A stretch of 63,805 nucleotides of DNA, counting the filler, from Hyphochytrium catenoides (Eukaryota; Protista; Hyphochytriomycota): the NCBI GenBank assembly GCA_900088475.1. It is 17 parts of 17 records of this genome, joined end to end, with 100 filler letters (N's around TTAATTAATTAA, not from the genome) between each part and the next. Parts side by side here need not be neighbours in the genome. Positions count along the whole stretch, not along the records: positions 56,344 to 59,697 come from FLMG01002911.1; positions 59,798 to 60,867 come from FLMG01003180.1; positions 60,968 to 62,364 come from FLMG01000850.1; positions 62,465 to 63,805 come from FLMG01001202.1; 13 more parts are not named here. One strand, written 5' to 3'. Shown here piece by piece: positions 58,489 to 63,805 of this stretch. Positions within the stretch are counted from its first letter, which is position 1, and each line of letters opens with the position of its first letter. The notes under the pieces are model-generated. The model was given only the letters and a program-made list of their open reading frames with translations. It had not been told where the DNA came from and ran no database searches. The translations under genes were made by a program, and so were the position numbers.

Positions 58489-59697
58489 TTAAAAGCCTAC
58501 TCGAGCTCTTGGCCTCGAGATGCCAGCAAAAGAGGAAGATGACTGCCCAAAGATTTGATGGTAGCGGGATCTTCTGGTCCCTGAGAAGGTGACCAAAGTC
58601 TGTGACGCCAGCTTACGAATGTCCTCCTGCCAGTGCCCAGCCATTGTGCTCTCTAGGGCAGTGGAGATCTGCAGCACTTGGCCTTGATAGAGCGTCAGCA
58701 CGTTAGGATGCAGACGCTTGCAGAAAAGGATGGCCGTCATGGCCACTTTGGCGTGAGGAGAGGCAACACAGCTGACCACGTTCCTTACGAGGACGCTCAT
58801 CTCTCTGTTCTTTGGCCCGTCTTCCAAGTGCACGCGGAGGTCCGGAGACGCGTCCATCATCGCGTAAGCAACATTGAGCCATCTGACCGTCTTCTCACTC
58901 TGAGCGCGAGGCCAGCAAGCGAGAAACGCGCGGAAAGCACGAATGCAGGCTTCTCCTCCTCTCTTGACAATGGCCACTGCCAGAGCTGAAGCCATGGAGA
59001 GCTCCGCCTCATCTTCCTCCTCGTCCAAAGCGAGAAGAAGAGAGAAGACACATCGACTAAGATTTCTGGAAAAGGCATCATCGTGATCTAGCGGGAGAAG
59101 ACCCTCCAAGCAGACTTTCAAGAGCAAATCCACTTGATGCGGACGTCCTGATCTGTCCGTAGACGCTCCGTAGTCGGACGCCTGCGCGGCCTGCCCCTGA
59201 TCGGCTCGAATCTGAAGCTCCTGACAGATACCTTCAAAGACCTTCCTCTGTATGTTGGCAGCGGGAGATCGCATAAGAAAGGTCTTCAGAAGCTGGTACA
59301 TCAGCATCCGTTGAGCTGCGCGGACGGCAGCCTGTGAGCCTGCGATAACGCGGTAGAGAAAGCGCTGAGAAATGGCGTCGATAGGAGCCTTGTGCGCAGC
59401 TTCTATCAGCATCTCCAGCACCACCGCGGCACGAGTGTCATCAGAAGAGTTGGAGCGCTTGAACATCTTTCCATGCGTCTGCTGCTGCTGCAGAGACGAG
59501 AGAGAGGAAGAAGAGGAAGGCGCAGAAGACGGAGGACTCTGTTGTCTCTCTCTCTCCCCTACGGAAGAGGGAAAGACGGCATCATTAACCATCTGTGCAA
59601 GATACTCTAGAGCGAGCACATCACTCTTTGCCACGCCCTGGAAATCCAATGAGCTCCTTCTGACCACTGAGCTCTGCTGCTGAGTCAAGGGAGCAAC
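58489..59697 (-). CDS. Divergent PP2A B56/B'-like helical repeat protein (5' truncated)
   Basis: FLACWPRAQSEKTVRWLN resembles B56 LLKFWPKTHSPKEVMFLN. CVASPHAKVA resembles CVSSPHFQVA, and GHWQEDI resembles SHWNKTI. The ORF is open for ~400 aa. Confidence 0.65.
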   Translation of the reverse strand, partial: VAPLTQQQSSVVRRSSLDFQGVAKSDVLALEYLAQMVNDAVFPSSVGERERQQSPPSSAPSSSSSLSSLQQQQTHGKMFKRSNSSDDTRAAVVLEMLIEAAHKAPIDAISQRFLYRVIAGSQAAVRAAQRMLMYQLLKTFLMRSPAANIQRKVFEGICQELQIRADQGQAAQASDYGASTDRSGRPHQVDLLLKVCLEGLLPLDHDDAFSRNLSRCVFSLLLALDEEEDEAELSMASALAVAIVKRGGEACIRAFRAFLACWPRAQSEKTVRWLNVAYAMMDASPDLRVHLEDGPKNREMSVLVRNVVSCVASPHAKVAMTAILFCKRLHPNVLTLYQGQVLQISTALESTMAGHWQEDIRKLASQTLVTFSGTRRSRYHQIFGQSSSSFAGISRPRARVGF

Positions 59698-59906
59698 NNN
59701 NNNNNNNNNNNNNNNNNNNNNNNNNNNNNNNNNNNNNNNNNTTAATTAATTAANNNNNNNNNNNNNNNNNNNNNNNNNNNNNNNNNNNNNNNNNNNNAGA
59801 GCAGAGGTCCTCCCTCATCATAGTCTTAGCGCAAATTCAGCATTCTCGGGACACTAGCGGCATCTGGGCAGGGTTTTGAAGCTACTGCAAGAGCTATATA
59901 GTCACC

Positions 59907-60867
59907 ATGACGGACATGTACAAGCTGATCGACTGGGGAACAAACATTGTGGAGAAATTTTTCAACAAGGGAGTCTCGGCCGACCGACAGATCGCACCTG
60001 AGCTCATAAAAAGTGCGAAAGGCCTAATCTTGCTGAGAGAACTGAAGGCAGGCTTCGTATGGACAGGAAAGATAGGCGGTGGCATCATAATTGCTCGACT
60101 CCCAGATGGAAGATGGTCTTCTCCGTCAGCCATCGCCCAAGGCGGAATGGGTTGGGGTGCAGAGATTGGTGGCGAGCTCACGGATTTCATGATTGTCTTG
60201 GGAAGCGATGGCGCCGTGAACTCTTTTAAAAGAAGTGGACAAGTGTCTTTCGGAGCGGGATTAGATCTTGCACTTGGGCCTTACGGTAAGGGCGAGAAAT
60301 CTTTGCTCTTTGCTCACCCCCTATGAGGCGGCTGAGGACTCCGTCATTTATTCAGAACTCCTCCACTGCTAGACTTCAAAGCTATAGTTTGCACGCATCT
60401 TTTTGCTTGAAAACTCCCTCCTGTTTATTTTCTCTTGTCTACAGTGCCAAGTAGCCCATTTAGCTCCTCGACATGGGTTTAAGCCCTGCTGCTCCTGACC
60501 GGTGATCAACGCTGCGCGGGCACTGGCCTGCCTTACGTCTAGCGCCATCCTCCTCACGCTCTCCATACTAATGCTTTCAAACTGTGTCTCACCCCATCTT
60601 CTCCTCTTAGGCCGTGTGGCCCAGGCGAACGCTATGGCATCGGCAGGTGGCGTGGGTGTGAACTACACCTACAGCATGTCCAAGGGCGCCTTCGCGGGCA
60701 TCGGGCTGAGGGGCGACGTCCTTATCGCGCAGGGTAAAGTGAATCAAAAGTTCTATGGCAGAACCGACAACCTGAAGCCCCGCGCTATCCTGGAGGGAGA
60801 AGTCGAGGCGCCGCCCCACTCCTGTGACGCCCTCTGGGCTGCCCTGGCCCGTGCGGAGACGGGGGAG
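59907..60867 (+). CDS. SYLF/Ysc84 (SH3YL1-like) domain protein, partial; intron 60286-60610
   Basis: IAPELIKSAKGL..KAGFVWTGKIGGGIIIARLPDGRWSSPSAI..GAEIGGELTDF..GPYG|R..YTYSMSKGAFAG..VNQKFYG..ILEGEV. Confidence 0.9.
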
Positions 60868-60967
60868 NNNNNNNNNNNNNNNNNNNNNNNNNNNNNNNNN
60901 NNNNNNNNNNNTTAATTAATTAANNNNNNNNNNNNNNNNNNNNNNNNNNNNNNNNNNNNNNNNNNNN

Positions 60968-62364
60968 GCACCCTACGTACTTGTAGAGAGCTAATCATTG
61001 ATGGTACTGCGGTCGCACCCAGACGCGAGCTTTTACGTCCGGGGAATATACGTACGAGGCCCATCGTTAATGAAGGGAGAAAAGTAAGAGGCACAAGTAG
61101 CAGTGACCGGATGTTCATCCCCAATAAGAGTGTGCGAAAGACGCTTCGAGACTTCACCGAGAGCGGGCCATCAAAGCCTTTGGAATCCAGTGTAAGCTGT
61201 TTTTGACCTTTACGTGTGCTCGCTCTGCAAAGCTACTCACAAGTCTTGATTACATAGTCCTTTAAAGCCGCCATTAGCGCAGCGCCTTACATGCGCTACC
61301 TCGTTGGGACTTGTTATCGTGAAGAGGATACTGGGTGCTATTGCTACACTGGCGATGGCAAGGCTAAGGCAGGGAGGGTCCTGTTGCGGGCCCTTACTAC
61401 AACGACATCCATCTATAACGGCCTGATCAAGAACCCTAAGGCCATGAAGAGTGCCCTTACAGAGCTACTGATGACCAAGTGCTGGAATGACACAAAGATT
61501 CAGTCATGCGTAATGGACTACTTCCCCATCCTAGGAAAGTTCCTGTACACGTGTGGTTCCAGTGATGAGATACAGAGCTTGGGGCCTTTGTTGATTCGGA
61601 TGATCGAGAAATGTTCTCTCATTATCCCTGAGACTGAAGTTGGAGAAGATAACGAGGAAACTAGCACTTCTGTGAATGCGGACATGTCTTGTGGCATATG
61701 GCTGCCTTCACTAGCCACCGAGCGCAGCTTTCACGATTATGTAGCTCCCACAAGGGATTGGGAGCTATTTGACTGCAACAAAGACGGTGGCGGAAAGCAC
61801 AACACTCTTCTGCCAGGCATCTTCACGCTAAGCTGCCCTCATGGTTTCTACTTGGGTAAGACCCAATTTTGAGTACGAACTTGCAAACTGAACAGCGAAA
61901 CTAACTTCAATTTTCCTAAGGCTTCTTTTTGATGGTCAAACCTGAGAGTCCTGAGACAGTTTTCTCGGTTATGTATAGCAGGTTTCCGGATGGGAAGCGA
62001 TTCATTATTTATGACAATGCCTGCAAGCTGTTAGAGTATTGCCTGAACAGGGAGCCGCATTTCTTTCAAGACACTGTCTTTCTCATAGACAGACTGCATG
62101 CGGCAGGTCACGTGGGATGCACGCCTGGTATGAAAAGATTGCCTCGCAAAGGTGATACTCTACTAACGTTTTGACACAGGGCACGATATCTCCTGCTTTT
62201 GGTGGGCGCAGGCCATCAACTCGCAGGTCAGTGAGCAGGGAAACGCCCACACAGCGCGGATTAAGACCCAGACGGCCTTCATGACAATATATCACTTTGC
62301 TCTGTACATCCGCCTCGTCATATCAAGGAGGAACATGGACAAGAAGTCCCGACTACTGCAAGAC
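60968..62364 (+). mobile_element. Kyakuja-Dileera-Zisupton (KDZ) type transposase, spliced, truncated at both contig ends
   Basis: Motifs LIIDGT, CNKD, PGIFTLSCPHGFYLG|FFLM..ESP, IIYDNACKLLEYCLNREPHFF, LIDRLH..GHVGC and INSQVSEQGN. Introns 61192-61257, 61856-61920 and 62128-62179 give one continuous frame. Confidence 0.85.
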
Positions 62365-62803
62365 NNNNNNNNNNNNNNNNNNNNNNNNNNNNNNNNNNNN
62401 NNNNNNNNTTAATTAATTAANNNNNNNNNNNNNNNNNNNNNNNNNNNNNNNNNNNNNNNNNNNNAGAGAGGGAGAGAGACTTCCCGTGCGAAGGAGACTG
62501 CCCATGAGAGCGAGAGGATCAGGGCCAGAGGATCGAAAAACAGCGCCCTGGCTAAGCATTTCACGCAAGCGATGGGGAAAACTCTTTTGTACAGAGGAGG
62601 CGCCATCTGCTCGTAGTTTAGAGTCTTTGTCTGAAAGTCACAGCGGGTATCACCCTTCCTTGAATCGCCCGCCGCTCTTCTCCCTGGATGTCACAGGGGT
62701 TGTCACCTACACTTCGCTTCTTCTTACTCTCTAAGCCAGAGAGAACTCCTCGCCTGTTCATAGTCTGGTGGCCGACCCTCATTCCGTCTATCTTCCCTTC
62801 CAG

Positions 62804-63040
62804 GTCCTTTTACGATGGGGTATCCAGCGCGGTCTTTCTGTGCTTCCCAAGGCTTCTTCACAATCTCGCCTATGCGAGAATCTGGAAGTGTTAGATGTGG
62901 AAGAAGCTAGAAGCGACCAGCAGGAGAAGGGAGAAAAGAATGCAATACGACTGTCCGACGAGGAGATGGAGGTGTTGAACTCTCTACATAGAGAAGTGGG
63001 AGAGCATAAGTTTTGCTGGGATCCCGCGAAGATCGCCTAA
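62804..63040 (+). CDS. Aldo-keto reductase, last exon
   Basis: After the CAG acceptor: VLLRWGIQRGLSVLPKASSQSRLCENL...LSDEEMEVLNSL...KFCWDP. Confidence 0.85.
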   Translation, partial: VLLRWGIQRGLSVLPKASSQSRLCENLEVLDVEEARSDQQEKGEKNAIRLSDEEMEVLNSLHREVGEHKFCWDPAKIA

Positions 63041-63805
63041 AGAACGGAGACAACCAGAAACGAGCATCAACGATAGACCGACGGCCTTTCTTTGGGCAAG
63101 CTACGGGTCGTTGCACAGTGCAAAATCCTTCGCCCATGGCTGTACGATATCACGAAGGACATAATAGCGAATGAACCTCCAGTACTATGTATAAAGAGTA
63201 AAGAACAGAAGCTTGAGCGCCTTACTTGGCAAGAGGAAGAGGGAGATAAGAAAGGGAGGAATAAGACCACAGGCCGCAGAGAACCCGCAGTTAGGGACAG
63301 GGACAATAGATAGAGGATTGTAAAGACTTGAGTCTAGGCTCAGATGTCCTGCTGGCGTGCAGTCTGTCCATTGACTTTGACTTCCATAAGATCTAATAAA
63401 TATGATGGGCGGGTCAGAATGCTCTGTCCGCCCCTTAGGGAATGGGATTGTGGCAAGGCCTTTCCTCATCTACCCTCTGCTATCTCACGAAGGGACGTTA
63501 CGGGAGATGTCTTCTTTATGTCTGGCCTACACGCTACTCGTCACCGCATGCAGCACGACCACTTCGGCCTTGGCAGGGTTAAAATGCCATCCCTCTGGAA
63601 CGCGTTGAGGAGCTTGCTGCTAATGGAAGAGGACATTGTCTGCACACGCTCCCGATGTAGTTCCCGCTAATCTTTTACTGCCTCTTCACAGATTCCAGCT
63701 GTTAAAGACAGTTCTCACGAGCGAACTAGAGTGACGCAGACCGATATGTCGTCCATCTTTCCATGGGAGAGCTCAAAGAAGTATTTGAGGGCCAGGCAAT
63801 CGTAA

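Larger units (their letters stand above)
27655..62464. other. Sixteen artificial 100-nt contig linkers (N44-TTAATTAATTAA-N44)
   Basis: Identical linkers start at 27655, 28804, 30145, 31667, 33576, 35092, 38295, 45689, 49720, 51292, 53547, 54724, 56244, 59698, 60868 and 62365. The core gives stops in all six frames. Ordinary N gaps lie at 21221-21302, 21986-22012, 32548-32636 and 40739-40769. Confidence 0.97.

Noticed and set aside
38837-63040. Lipid-metabolism cluster (MAPR, WS/DGAT, desaturase, PI4K, AKR)
   Set aside because: Apart from MAPR and WS/DGAT, these genes lie on separate concatenated contigs.

Overview
This is eukaryotic genomic DNA, not one locus. It holds 17 contigs joined by artificial 100-nt linkers (N44-TTAATTAATTAA-N44), plus 4 internal N gaps, so adjacency across linkers means nothing. 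Genes have spliceosomal introns rich in (CT)n/(GA)n. Gene content is compatible with a stramenopile-type protist (inference). Contig 1 (1-27654) carries a stand-alone MEKHLA gene, a ~15-kb multi-exon gene for a giant ankyrin/TRAF-zinc-finger protein, a RING-H2 + CXC protein, a ~580-nt foldback and an MMADHC/CblD gene. The small contigs carry a decayed copia RT-RNaseH, a LanC-like gene, a SnoaL/NTF2-like gene, a double cytochrome-b5(MAPR)-ankyrin gene, a WS/DGAT, a secreted Glu-rich RRL-spaced repeat protein, an ankyrin protein, PI4K, a front-end desaturase, a divergent B56-like protein, a SYLF protein, an intron-containing KDZ transposase and an aldo-keto reductase tail. The three best leads are (1) a dynein stalk/microtubule-binding-like module inside the giant non-motor protein, (2) a silacidin-like acidic polyprotein and (3) a putative heme-sensing MAPR-CP-ankyrin protein. 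All exon joins and family calls were made by eye from motifs; no database searches were run.
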